A stretch of DNA of 36,220 nt from Trueperaceae bacterium (lineage in GTDB: Bacteria; Deinococcota; Deinococci; Deinococcales; Trueperaceae): the NCBI GenBank assembly GCA_035703635.1, contig DASSXV010000072.1, forward strand, positions 1 to 36,220, given 5' to 3'. The notes under the pieces are model-generated. The model saw only the letters and a list, made by a program, of their open reading frames with translations. It did no database searches and was not told where the DNA came from. The translations under genes and the position numbers were made by a program. Shown here piece after piece: positions 17,905 to 26,106 of this stretch; within the stretch, counting starts at the first letter, position 1; each line of letters starts with the position of its first letter.

Positions 17905-19470
17905 TTACGGGCGGCGTTGGCCGTCGCGGCCGGTAGCGCCCGGGCGCCTGCCGCTCTGCTCACGGCTACCTGGACCGCGTCCGCCTTGCGGCCGGCCACT
18001 ACGGGCGTCGCCCGCCTGAGGCGCACCAGCCTGGCTGCCACTCCGGTGGTCGCGGCGTTCGCCACCACCTTGGTGGTCGGGGCGTTGGCTGCTCCCGTTC
18101 TGGCTACGGCCACTGCCTTGGCGGTCACCGCGGGGCGCGCGGTCGCTGCGGGCCGCACTGCCGCCGTCCGTTTGGCCGGACTGGCTGCCTGCTGGCCGTG
18201 GGCCGCGCTGCGAGCCACCGTTGCGCCGGGGGCCGCGGTTGCGGCTGGAGCCGCCGTACGAGGGGCGGTCGGTTGTGCCGTCCAACGCCTCGAGCTGGGC
18301 GGCTGGACCAGCGAAGCCGTCCACCGGGCGGCGCTCAATGCGCATGCGCAGGCGGCGCTCGAGCTGCCTCACGTTGTCGAGGTCGTTGACCGTGACGAAC
18401 GTGAGCGCCTCCCCGGAGCGTTCCGCGCGGCCAGTGCGGCCGATGCGGTGGGTGTAAGCCTCGGAGGTGTCGGGGAAATCGTAGTTGATGACGTGCGAAA
18501 CGCGCGCCACGTCGATGCCCCGGGCAGCGATGTCGGTCGCCACGAGCACGTGGTAACGGCCCTTCTTGAAGCCGTCGAGAGCTTCTTGACGGCGGCGCTG
18601 TGAGAGGTTGCCCTGCAGCTCGGCCACGAAGTGGTTGGCCTTATCGAGCGTCGCGGCAAGGCGCTTCGCGCGGTGCTTCGTGCGGGTGAACACGAGGACC
18701 GAGCGGAGGTCCTTCTCTTTGAGGAGGTTCAGGAGCAGATCGGTCTTGTTGATCTCATCTACGGGGATGAGCGCGTGCTCGATCGTCTCGGCCGGAGCCA
18801 CACGGTTGATGGCGACCTTGAGCGGGTCGGTGAGCAGCTCGTCCGCGAGGTAAGAAACCTCGGATGGCATGGTCGCGGAGAAGAGGAGGCGCTGGGCCTC
18901 GACCGGAACGGCCTTGAGGATCTGCCGGACGGGGGGCAGGAAGCCCATGTCGAACATGTGGTCGGCCTCGTCGAGCACGAGCGCTTCGACCTGCGTCAAG
19001 TCGGCGTTGCCGCGTTGCATGTGGTCGAGGAGTCGACCAGGGCAGGCGACGATGATGTCGGCGCGACCGCGCAAGGCTTCGATCTGAGGCTGGAAGCCAA
19101 CGCCGCCATAGACGGTGGCGCTGCGCAGCCCGGTTGCCTGACCGAGGGTGCGGAACTCGTCGTTGATCTGCTCGGCAAGCTCGCGCGTTGGCGCGACTAC
19201 GAGGGCGCGCACTTTGCGGCGCATGCCGCGGCCGCCGTGGCGTTGACCTTCGGGGCCGGCGCCGAGTAGTAGGCGGTGAAGGATTGGCAGCACGAAAGCG
19301 GCGGTCTTGCCGGTACCGGTCTGCGCCAGGCCAAGCACGTGGCGGCCGCTCATCGCGGCTGGGACGGTCTGCTCCTGGATGGGCGTGGGTTTCGTGTAGC
19401 CTGCGGCACGCACGCCGATGGCTACTCGCGGGTCCAACTCGAACCCGTCGAACGAGATCTCATTTTGCAT
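17905..19470 (-). CDS. DEAD-box RNA helicase (RhlE-like) with R/G-rich C-terminal tail
   Basis: PTPIQ, AQTGTGKT, PTRELA, DEAD, SAT, HRIGRTGR; start set at ATG 19470. Confidence 0.93.
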   Translation of the reverse strand: MQNEISFDGFELDPRVAIGVRAAGYTKPTPIQEQTVPAAMSGRHVLGLAQTGTGKTAAFVLPILHRLLLGAGPEGQRHGGRGMRRKVRALVVAPTRELAEQINDEFRTLGQATGLRSATVYGGVGFQPQIEALRGRADIIVACPGRLLDHMQRGNADLTQVEALVLDEADHMFDMGFLPPVRQILKAVPVEAQRLLFSATMPSEVSYLADELLTDPLKVAINRVAPAETIEHALIPVDEINKTDLLLNLLKEKDLRSVLVFTRTKHRAKRLAATLDKANHFVAELQGNLSQRRRQEALDGFKKGRYHVLVATDIAARGIDVARVSHVINYDFPDTSEAYTHRIGRTGRAERSGEALTFVTVNDLDNVRQLERRLRMRIERRPVDGFAGPAAQLEALDGTTDRPSYGGSSRNRGPRRNGGSQRGPRPAGSQSGQTDGGSAARSDRAPRGDRQGSGRSQNGSSQRPDHQGGGERRDHRSGSQAGAPQAGDARSGRPQGGRGPGSREQSGRRPGATGRDGQRRP

Positions 19471-19612
19471 TCTGTGGGGTATTCCTTCCTGGCCAACCAC
19501 GAGCCAGGAACCCCCCAGGGCCAGCGGATAGCGGGGGTAACTATACGACATCGATCGCGCTCCGTAGTGATTTGGCGGACAAGCCGCCACCACCGGCTCG
19601 AAAAACGCGGCT

Positions 19613-20614
19613 TCAGGCAGGTCGAGTGTGCCGTTCCCCAGGGAACTCGGGCACGTCGGCGCGGCCCGCTTCTGGCATGGCGATGTCGCGCAATATGCCC
19701 GCGATCACCTGAATGGTGCGTGCCTGGTGGTTCTCGCCGTCGAACATGGCGTCGTGGTCGAGGTAACCGCCTGCGCCGTTGTGGGTCATGGGGCCCATCG
19801 GCACCTCGACGAGGCGGCCCGTGCGCTTCAGGCGGTTCCAGTACGAGTTGCGCATGATGGCCCAGCGGCCAGGGAAGAGCGCGTGCCCTAGGCCTGGAAA
19901 GGGGTCGGAGGAGCCAACCAGGTGGTAGACGCGGTCGAGGACGTTGAGTCCTGCCTCGCTTGCCATGACGCCTGCCAAGGAGACCATGGCCATCGGCGCG
20001 TCCAGTGCCCGCTTGAGGAATGGCGCGGCCGCGAGCCCGATCTGCACGCCGCCGCTGTACCCGACGATGGTGATCGGCACTCGGCTGCCTGGCTCGTAAC
20101 CGGCTTGCAGCAACGAAGTCAGGATGATCTGCGCCTCACCGCGGCCGTAAACGCGCCCGTACCGCGGATCTGCCGCGACGAGCACCTGATACAAGTTGCG
20201 GATGTTGATGCTGAAGGCGAGTAGCGTGTGCCGCCCTTCGACCTTGAACTGGAACATGCGTCGCCAGAAGCGCCCCAAGAGAGGCTCCTCGAGGAGGCTA
20301 ACGTTGCGCACCGAGTAGGGCATGAGGTCGCCGAGGATGACTGTGTCTGGCAGGGCATCGGACAGTCCATCGAGCAGGCCCTGCACGTCGTCATAGTTGG
20401 GGGCGCCGACCTTGGCGATCCCGTCAAGATAGACGACGAACTGTCGCGGATGCTTGCCCTTGCCGATGGGCCGGTAAGGGCCGACGCTCTGCTCGTGCGG
20501 GTGCTCGAGTCCCTCCCCGTACCAGCCAGCCCACCAACCAAGCGCTTCTATTGGCGAGAGGAGGAGGGAGAGCAGCGCCGCGAAGACCAAGACGGCTATG
20601 AGCACGCCGATCAC
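19613..20614 (-). CDS. Membrane-anchored alpha/beta-hydrolase-like protein
   Basis: N-terminal TM, GYSGG (GxSxG), downstream D (SDP) and H (THNG); GTGA overlap with upstream gene. Confidence 0.6.
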   Translation of the reverse strand: MIGVLIAVLVFAALLSLLLSPIEALGWWAGWYGEGLEHPHEQSVGPYRPIGKGKHPRQFVVYLDGIAKVGAPNYDDVQGLLDGLSDALPDTVILGDLMPYSVRNVSLLEEPLLGRFWRRMFQFKVEGRHTLLAFSINIRNLYQVLVAADPRYGRVYGRGEAQIILTSLLQAGYEPGSRVPITIVGYSGGVQIGLAAAPFLKRALDAPMAMVSLAGVMASEAGLNVLDRVYHLVGSSDPFPGLGHALFPGRWAIMRNSYWNRLKRTGRLVEVPMGPMTHNGAGGYLDHDAMFDGENHQARTIQVIAGILRDIAMPEAGRADVPEFPGERHTRPA

Positions 20615-21297
20615 GTCTGGCCGCCACGCCGCCGCCTGGCGGGCTTGGGTGGTGCTAGGCCTTCGTCTGGGGCGTCATCGATGAGGTCGCGTAGCCCTCT
20701 GACGTCGGTCACGAGCTTCACCCCGGCAGCCTGCCTGCGGGCCACGCGCGCGAGTAACAACAACGGTCTCCCTATCGTGCGCTGCAGGGTGATGAGCAGT
20801 AGCGCACCAACAGCGACTGCCAGGACGGCCTCCCAGGGCGCCAGCTCCAGCCCTTCCGCCACGCTGAGGACGGTAGCGCCGATGCTCCAGATCCACAGGA
20901 GAACGGAAAGCGGTAGCCCGAGGTAGGGGAGGAAAACGAGGAAACCGAAGAGACGCGGCGCCTGTCCGAGCGCGACCATGCCGGCGATGAACGAGAACGG
21001 CGCCTCTGAAGCGAGGGCGTAGCGTGCCACGACGTAGACGCTCAAGGCGAAGAAGAGATACGTGAAAGCGAAGATGATGGCCGAGATGACGAGCGAGATG
21101 GCGAAACGCCGCGGAGACACGCGGTTGACGAAGAGCACCACGCTCTCGCCTATGGCCTCCGACAGCCCGGCCGCGAACAGCACCCCGAATGCCAAACTGA
21201 TGGCAGCTCCGCCCAGGCGCAGCAACTCCGTGGTGCCCGGTTGGAAGAGGAGCGTGTCGCGGATTAGCGCTAAACCCGTGCCGAAGTCGAACATCAT
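20611..21297 (-). CDS. Hypothetical multi-TM membrane protein (Yip1-like topology)
   Basis: Five to six hydrophobic segments; start at ATG 21297 or 21294 (TACCGT 7 nt before the latter). Confidence 0.6.
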   Translation of the reverse strand: MMFDFGTGLALIRDTLLFQPGTTELLRLGGAAISLAFGVLFAAGLSEAIGESVVLFVNRVSPRRFAISLVISAIIFAFTYLFFALSVYVVARYALASEAPFSFIAGMVALGQAPRLFGFLVFLPYLGLPLSVLLWIWSIGATVLSVAEGLELAPWEAVLAVAVGALLLITLQRTIGRPLLLLARVARRQAAGVKLVTDVRGLRDLIDDAPDEGLAPPKPARRRRGGQT

Positions 21298-21451
21298 GAG
21301 AACGGTACCAGCAAGGCGCCTCCTTGAGCGGCGCACGGTGATGTGCTAGCATCTTACAGTTGTCGGCCCCGAGCGGGCCGCTATGCCACTAGCCTGAACG
21401 GCGGTCAAGGGCCGGGCCCGGGGCCGCGTGATAGGAAGAACGAGGAGCAAC

Positions 21452-21727
21452 GTGTCACAAAACGCATCCGCGATGAAGCGTCACCGCCAGTCAGAACAGC
21501 GGCGCCTCGCCAACCGCGCACAGAAGAGCACCATCCGCACCTTCACCAAGAAGGCCGTCGCGGCTGCTGAAGCCGGCGATTTCGCGGCCGCCGCCAAGTA
21601 CCAGAAGGTCGTCCAGGGCCTGGTTGACCGCGCCATCAAGTCGTCGTTGCTTCACGCCAACGCGGCCGCCCGCCGCAAGTCGCGCCTTGCCAAGCACATC
21701 AACGCGCTGCAGAACCCAAGCGCCTGA
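21452..21727 (+). CDS. rpsT: 30S ribosomal protein S20
   Basis: SAMKRHRQSEQRRLANRAQKSTIRT...LHANAAARRKSRL; GAGGAG RBS before GTG 21452. Confidence 0.96.
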   Translation: MSQNASAMKRHRQSEQRRLANRAQKSTIRTFTKKAVAAAEAGDFAAAAKYQKVVQGLVDRAIKSSLLHANAAARRKSRLAKHINALQNPSA

Positions 21728-21762
21728 TCGACTAGCTACCACCGATTGACTGGCAGACTCAA

Positions 21763-21784
21763 CTGGCGGACCTCGGTCCGCCAG
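21763..21784 (+). terminator. Hairpin after rpsT
   Basis: ctggcggac-ctcg-gtccgccag 9-bp stem, weak U tract. Confidence 0.55.
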
Positions 21785-21846
21785 CGTCGTTCGTCCATGC
21801 GACAGCGTGAGGCACCGCCCCGCGGGGCGCTGCTATGCTCGCCCAC

Positions 21847-22653
21847 GTGACGAACGCCAGCAGCGCCGAACCCGGCGCCTCAGCACCAGCATCACCGCCC
21901 GCTCGCGGCGGGCCGCGCATCATCCTCGTGCGCACGAAGGAATCCGCCAACATTGGCTCGGTGGCGCGCGCGATGCTCAACTTCGGACTCACTGAGCTGT
22001 GGCTCGTCGCGCCACGCTGCCGCATCGACCACCGCAGTTACGACCTCGCAACGCACGCCGAAGAAGTCCTAGACGACGCGAAGGTCGTCGACAGCCTCAA
22101 GGAAGCCATCGGCGACGTAGGCATGGTGTTCGGGACCAGTGCACGGCCTCGCAAGGCGGACAACTACCCGATCGTTACGCCGAACGAAGCCGCGCGGCGC
22201 TTGGTCCAAGGTACGGCGGTCGTGTTCGGGCCTGAAGACCACGGCCTAGGTAACGAGGAGTTGACGCTGTGCCAGGCGCAGATCGTCATTCCGACGCGCG
22301 ACTTCTCCTCACTGAACTTGGCTCAGGCCGTACTGGTCGTTGCTTACGAGTACGCTCGCTCGCTTGGCGACTCCGCAGGGCCAGTCGAGCCCGTGCACAG
22401 TGACGACCCCCGACACTCCGCCGTCACCCGCGAGCAACTTGAGCAGTTCTACGCCCAGCTCGAGGCGACGATGCTCAAGATCGGCTACACGGACGAGCGG
22501 CGTGCGCCTGGCATGTTGCGGCTCTACCGCGGGCTACTCGACCGCGCCAACCCGACGGCACACGAAGTGGCCGCGTTACGTGGACTACTAAGCCAGGCGG
22601 CTTGGGCAGCCGACCAGCCGCCCGGTCACTTCCTGGCCGCTAGGGACGACTGA
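21847..22653 (+). CDS. trmJ: SPOUT RNA methyltransferase, TrmJ/LasT family
   Basis: NIGSVARAMLNFG, FGPEDHGL, SLNLAQAV; start set at GTG 21847, 7 nt after TATGCT. Confidence 0.85.
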   Translation: MTNASSAEPGASAPASPPARGGPRIILVRTKESANIGSVARAMLNFGLTELWLVAPRCRIDHRSYDLATHAEEVLDDAKVVDSLKEAIGDVGMVFGTSARPRKADNYPIVTPNEAARRLVQGTAVVFGPEDHGLGNEELTLCQAQIVIPTRDFSSLNLAQAVLVVAYEYARSLGDSAGPVEPVHSDDPRHSAVTREQLEQFYAQLEATMLKIGYTDERRAPGMLRLYRGLLDRANPTAHEVAALRGLLSQAAWAADQPPGHFLAARDD

Positions 22654-22654
22654 C

Positions 22655-23374
22655 CTACAGCCCAGCAAGCGCCTTGGCGTGAGCTAGCACCTCATCGAAC
22701 ATGGCCTCGGTTAGCCTACCGGTGTTCGTGTTCTGAAAACTGACGTGGTACACGTCCACCAACGTCAAGGCGCCACTGGCAGCGGCGCCAGGCAGACCGC
22801 TCAAGTCGTGTACCGCGCCATGCGCGAACTTGTTGGCAGCCAACGTCGTTTGAAGGCCCCGTGAGCGCCACGCACCCACTGCGGCGTCGTGCCCGATCTT
22901 GCCCATCGCAAGTGCGACGCGTGCGTTCTTGACGCCGTCCAGGTCGTGATGAAGCCATCTCTGACATGCAGCCAACTCCCCGCGCAGCGGCTTATTGCCA
23001 GGCGGAACGCAGCGCAACGCGGCCGTGATCCACACGCCGCGTAGCTCCAGGCCATCGCCGCGGCTGACCGCCACTGGACTTGAAGCTAAACCGGCACGGT
23101 AAAGGGCGGGGTAGAGGAAGGCGCCGGAAGCGTCCCCCGTGAACATGCGACCGGTGCGGTTGCTACCGTGGGCGCCCGGCGCCAACCCGACCAGTAGCAG
23201 GCGCGCGTTCAGGTCGCCGAAGCCCGGTACTGGCGCGCCCCAGTACTCCTCGTTCACGTAGGCCTTGCGCTTCTCCCGGGCGACCCGCTGACGGTACTCG
23301 ACCAGGCGCGGGCAGAGCTGGCATGTGGCTAGCGCAGGCGGGTACGGGTCGAACGCCGAGGCGCGGTGCGGCAT
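22655..23374 (-). CDS. Uracil-DNA glycosylase, family 5 (UdgB-like, Fe-S)
   Basis: CQLCPRL, GLAPGAHGSNRTGRMFTGD, CVPPGNKP, HVSFQNTNTG. Confidence 0.88.
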   Translation of the reverse strand: MPHRASAFDPYPPALATCQLCPRLVEYRQRVAREKRKAYVNEEYWGAPVPGFGDLNARLLLVGLAPGAHGSNRTGRMFTGDASGAFLYPALYRAGLASSPVAVSRGDGLELRGVWITAALRCVPPGNKPLRGELAACQRWLHHDLDGVKNARVALAMGKIGHDAAVGAWRSRGLQTTLAANKFAHGAVHDLSGLPGAAASGALTLVDVYHVSFQNTNTGRLTEAMFDEVLAHAKALAGL

Positions 23375-23465
23375 GGCTGCAGCCTACCCGAGGGCGGCGG
23401 TTGCCCTCGCGGATGCCTTCTGCAGCCAACCTGCACCCAACCAGGTATCCACGAAAGAACGAGAA

Positions 23466-23489
23466 GCGGCGCTTCCGTGGAAGCGCCGT
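23466..23489 (-). terminator. Original tRNA-Arg terminator
   Basis: gcggcgcttc-cgtg-gaagcgccgt hairpin, followed on the minus strand by TTCTCGTTCTTT. Confidence 0.7.
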
Positions 23490-23506
23490 CCTCAACGTAC
23501 TTTATT

Positions 23507-23551
23507 TGGTGCGCCCGAGAAGATTCGAACTCCTGACCTTCTGATCCGTAG
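23507..23551 (-). pseudogene. 3' half of tRNA-Arg(ACG), the prophage att site
   Basis: Minus strand CTACGGATCAGAAGGTCAGGAGTTCGAATCTTCTCGGGCGCACCA gives anticodon loop, T-arm (GTTCGAAT), acceptor 3' strand and CCA; upstream CGTGC cannot pair with TCAGA, so the 5' half is absent. Confidence 0.9.
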
Positions 23552-23614
23552 GCACGTCCAGGCATCGGCGGTAGTAGGAGCTACGAGGCGGGATGTGGCG
23601 TTCTGGACGCGTTC

Positions 23615-24883
23615 TCAGCTCGGTTCGACGCCCGAACTGGCGTCACTGGGTGCCGTTGGAACGCGAAAGCTGGTGCCTTCTGCTACCAAGCTGCTACCGA
23701 GAATCGCGCCGATGCGATCAGCCACGGCGCGGTGAGTCGAGTTGCTTCCACGCAGGTAGACCTTGGCTGTGAAGCGCGGGTCCGTGTGCCCCAGGCGCTC
23801 CGCTAGCGCGTGCAGGTTGACCCCGGCATCCGCCAGGAGGCTGCCGTGGGTGCTGCGGGTGGCGTAGAGCTTGATTTGGTTCACGCCCGCGGCCTTCTGC
23901 AGGGCGTTGAACTGGCCGCGCAGCGACGAGCGGCCCCAGATGGTGCCGGTGCTCGTGGGGAACACCGCGTCCAGGTCCTCCCAGGGTGGCGACTCGCGGC
24001 CCAGGGCCGCCTGGCGAGCGTTCACGTCCGCCCTGATGGCCTTGAGGCGCTCCACGTGCTCACGCTGCCGCGCCAACGCGCCCGTGGTGATGTCGTCGAT
24101 GGGCACCACGCGGCTAGCAGCGTCCGTCTTACCGCCCGCTCGCAGCTCGACGCGGCCCTCGACCTCAACCGCCACCCGCTCGACGGTTATGGTCTTGTCT
24201 TTGAGGTCGACGCTGGACCATGCGAGGCCCAGCAGCTCCTCGGTGCGCAGGCCAGTGCCTAGGGCTACCAGCGTGTAGCGTGCCGCCTGGTCATCCACGC
24301 TGAGGCAGTGTCGGACGACCTTGCCGATTTCGTCCTCACTCCACCGCTGGATGGCCGGCGCCTCGACTCTTGGCGGGTCGATCACGGCAACAGGATCTCT
24401 TGGGATGAGGCCCTTCTTGGCCGCGTCGCGCAACACCATGCCTACGTGCAGGCGGACGCGGCGCACGAGCGCCGGGGACGCCCCGCCACGCGCCAAGGTG
24501 AGGAGCAGCCGCTGGATGGTGCTGGGTTCGATGTCGCGGGCTCTGAGGGTCCCCAAGTGAGGCGTGGCGCGCTGCAGCACCCACTTGTAGGACGAGGTCG
24601 TGCTGGACTTCCAGCCGCGCAGCGTCTCGCCAGCTTCGAGCCAGGCGTCTACGAGGTCCTGGAAGGTGCTGTTGTCTCCGAGTTGCGCGCCGCCGTGGAG
24701 GGCGGCTTGTTGCTCGAGCAGCCAGGCTTGCGCGTCGCCTTTCGTGCGGGTCGTCTTGGTGCGGCGCAGCGGTTGCCCGCGCTCGTCGAACCCGACGATC
24801 AGGGCGGCGACCCACGTGCCGCGCTCGGGACGCTCGTACACTGCGCCCTCACCTGGAGCGCGGCGATTACGCTTGCGAGCCAT
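23615..24883 (-). CDS. Tyrosine recombinase / phage integrase
   Basis: RRAPGEGAVYER arm-binding N-terminus; TGLRTEELLGL, KT, YATR, LGH, VY catalytic set; GAGGAGG RBS before ATG 24883. Confidence 0.95.
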   Translation of the reverse strand: MARKRNRRAPGEGAVYERPERGTWVAALIVGFDERGQPLRRTKTTRTKGDAQAWLLEQQAALHGGAQLGDNSTFQDLVDAWLEAGETLRGWKSSTTSSYKWVLQRATPHLGTLRARDIEPSTIQRLLLTLARGGASPALVRRVRLHVGMVLRDAAKKGLIPRDPVAVIDPPRVEAPAIQRWSEDEIGKVVRHCLSVDDQAARYTLVALGTGLRTEELLGLAWSSVDLKDKTITVERVAVEVEGRVELRAGGKTDAASRVVPIDDITTGALARQREHVERLKAIRADVNARQAALGRESPPWEDLDAVFPTSTGTIWGRSSLRGQFNALQKAAGVNQIKLYATRSTHGSLLADAGVNLHALAERLGHTDPRFTAKVYLRGSNSTHRAVADRIGAILGSSLVAEGTSFRVPTAPSDASSGVEPS

Positions 24884-24989
24884 GCCGCCTCCTCTGCGCG
24901 CCAAGCCTGACTAGACGACCGCGCCACTTGTGCGGGCGCGTGCCTAGACCGTCAGCGTTGCGAGACATGGATTCCCTCCGTCCGACCGA

Positions 24990-25019
24990 GTTGGCGGTGC
25001 GCAGGACCGCGCCGCCAAC
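24990..25019. terminator. Hairpin between secB-like gene and integrase
   Basis: gttggcggtgcg / cgcgccgccaac, 12-bp stem with one non-Watson-Crick pair, no U tract. Confidence 0.45.
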
Positions 25020-25037
25020 CCGTAGCAGGTGGTCGGC

Positions 25038-25616
25038 CTAGCCTTTCGCTGCTGGCTTCTTTCGGCTAGCCGTAGCCGGCGCCTTCTTTGCAGACTTCAT
25101 CTTCTGTCTAGGACTTGCTGAAAGGGCGAGGGACTTCGGGTCGATCTTGAAGAACGTCCCGATCTGGTAGATCGGCAGGGTCAGTGGAGGCATGCCCGCC
25201 CGTCGCGTTACGTCCGCGATTACCTCCCGCAGGTACGGGTAGATGATGACCGGGCCCATCTGTGATGCAATCTTGGCGAGCTCAACGTCGACGTCGAGCG
25301 CTGCATCCTCAGAGATGGTGACGGTGATGCGCGTCTTCGCCGCGACGGTGAGCGATGCCGTCTCGGGCGCTTCAATCACGAGTTGAAGCGCTGCTACTAT
25401 CGCGTCTTTGGCCACACGCCCAGTCGAATAGTCGAATCGCAGGGTGGGTTCCGCGGGGCTGTCGGGGGTGCCTTGCTCTGCGGTCCGCGCCTGGGCAGTG
25501 CGCCCGCGAAGGTCGTCAAAGTGAAGTTTGACGATTTCCACGACGCCAGGGTCGATGTGTATGTTGCCAACTCGGCCTTGCTCGGCCTCAGGCGGCTGCG
25601 AGGTATTCATTGTCAC
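25038..25616 (-). CDS. SecB-like chaperone (TAC chaperone)
   Basis: GPVIIYPYLREVIADVTRRAGMPPLTLP matches the SecB C-terminal signature; third gene after a TA pair; start GTG 25616 or ATG 25610. Confidence 0.85.
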   Translation of the reverse strand: MTMNTSQPPEAEQGRVGNIHIDPGVVEIVKLHFDDLRGRTAQARTAEQGTPDSPAEPTLRFDYSTGRVAKDAIVAALQLVIEAPETASLTVAAKTRITVTISEDAALDVDVELAKIASQMGPVIIYPYLREVIADVTRRAGMPPLTLPIYQIGTFFKIDPKSLALSASPRQKMKSAKKAPATASRKKPAAKG

Positions 25617-26106
25617 CCTTCTCCTCGCGCGCTATCCAGTCGCCGGGTCGACCTCGCCACGGCTGCGACGAAGGTGCGGGTCTTCGCCGCGGGAGAGGCT
25701 TGCTCACGGAGGTAGTCACGGTGAGATTGTCGTCTTCCACTTGAGCTCGCGCCTCGACCTCTGCGATCGGCATGAAGGATAGCGGCACTACGGGGAGGAC
25801 CGCGACTATCGCGTCGGTTTCGGGGTCGACGATGTCAACGTCGAGTCGGTATCCGAGAGCGGCGACGTATCGGGCGAGCACGTCGAGCGTCATGGAGATG
25901 CCCTTGGTCGATTCAATCTGAGACACTCTGGACGCCTGGACGCCCATGACCTTCGCTACTTCTGCCTGAAGCATGCGTCGAGTATCTCGCGCCTTCTTCA
26001 GGCTCGCGCCGATGTCGGCGTTAACTTCCTCCCAGAGGAACTCGGCGAGTTCGGCGCTAATCTTCTCATCTTGGGGGATCGCATTGTTCGCGTGAGTGTT
26101 CGTCAT
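25588..26106 (-). CDS. XRE/HigA-type HTH antitoxin with extended C-terminal tail
   Basis: LKKARDTRRMLQAEVAKVMGVQASRVSQIES...TLDVLARYVAALG; ATG 26106 overlaps toxin stop (ATGA), GAGGAG RBS. Confidence 0.85.
   Translation of the reverse strand: MTNTHANNAIPQDEKISAELAEFLWEEVNADIGASLKKARDTRRMLQAEVAKVMGVQASRVSQIESTKGISMTLDVLARYVAALGYRLDVDIVDPETDAIVAVLPVVPLSFMPIAEVEARAQVEDDNLTVTTSVSKPLPRRRPAPSSQPWRGRPGDWIAREEKGDNEYLAAA

Noticed and set aside
15983-19470. Adjacent UvrD and DEAD-box helicases as a defence system
   Set aside because: The DEAD-box protein is a standard RhlE-like enzyme, a hairpin separates the genes, and there is no nuclease or effector partner.
23507-23590. Intact tRNA-Arg gene
   Set aside because: Sequence beyond 23551 cannot form the anticodon stem, D-arm or 5' acceptor strand; only the 3' half is present.
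25038-25616. Housekeeping protein-export secB
   Set aside because: It lies inside a prophage, overlaps an antitoxin gene and has an atypical basic tail; TAC chaperone fits better.
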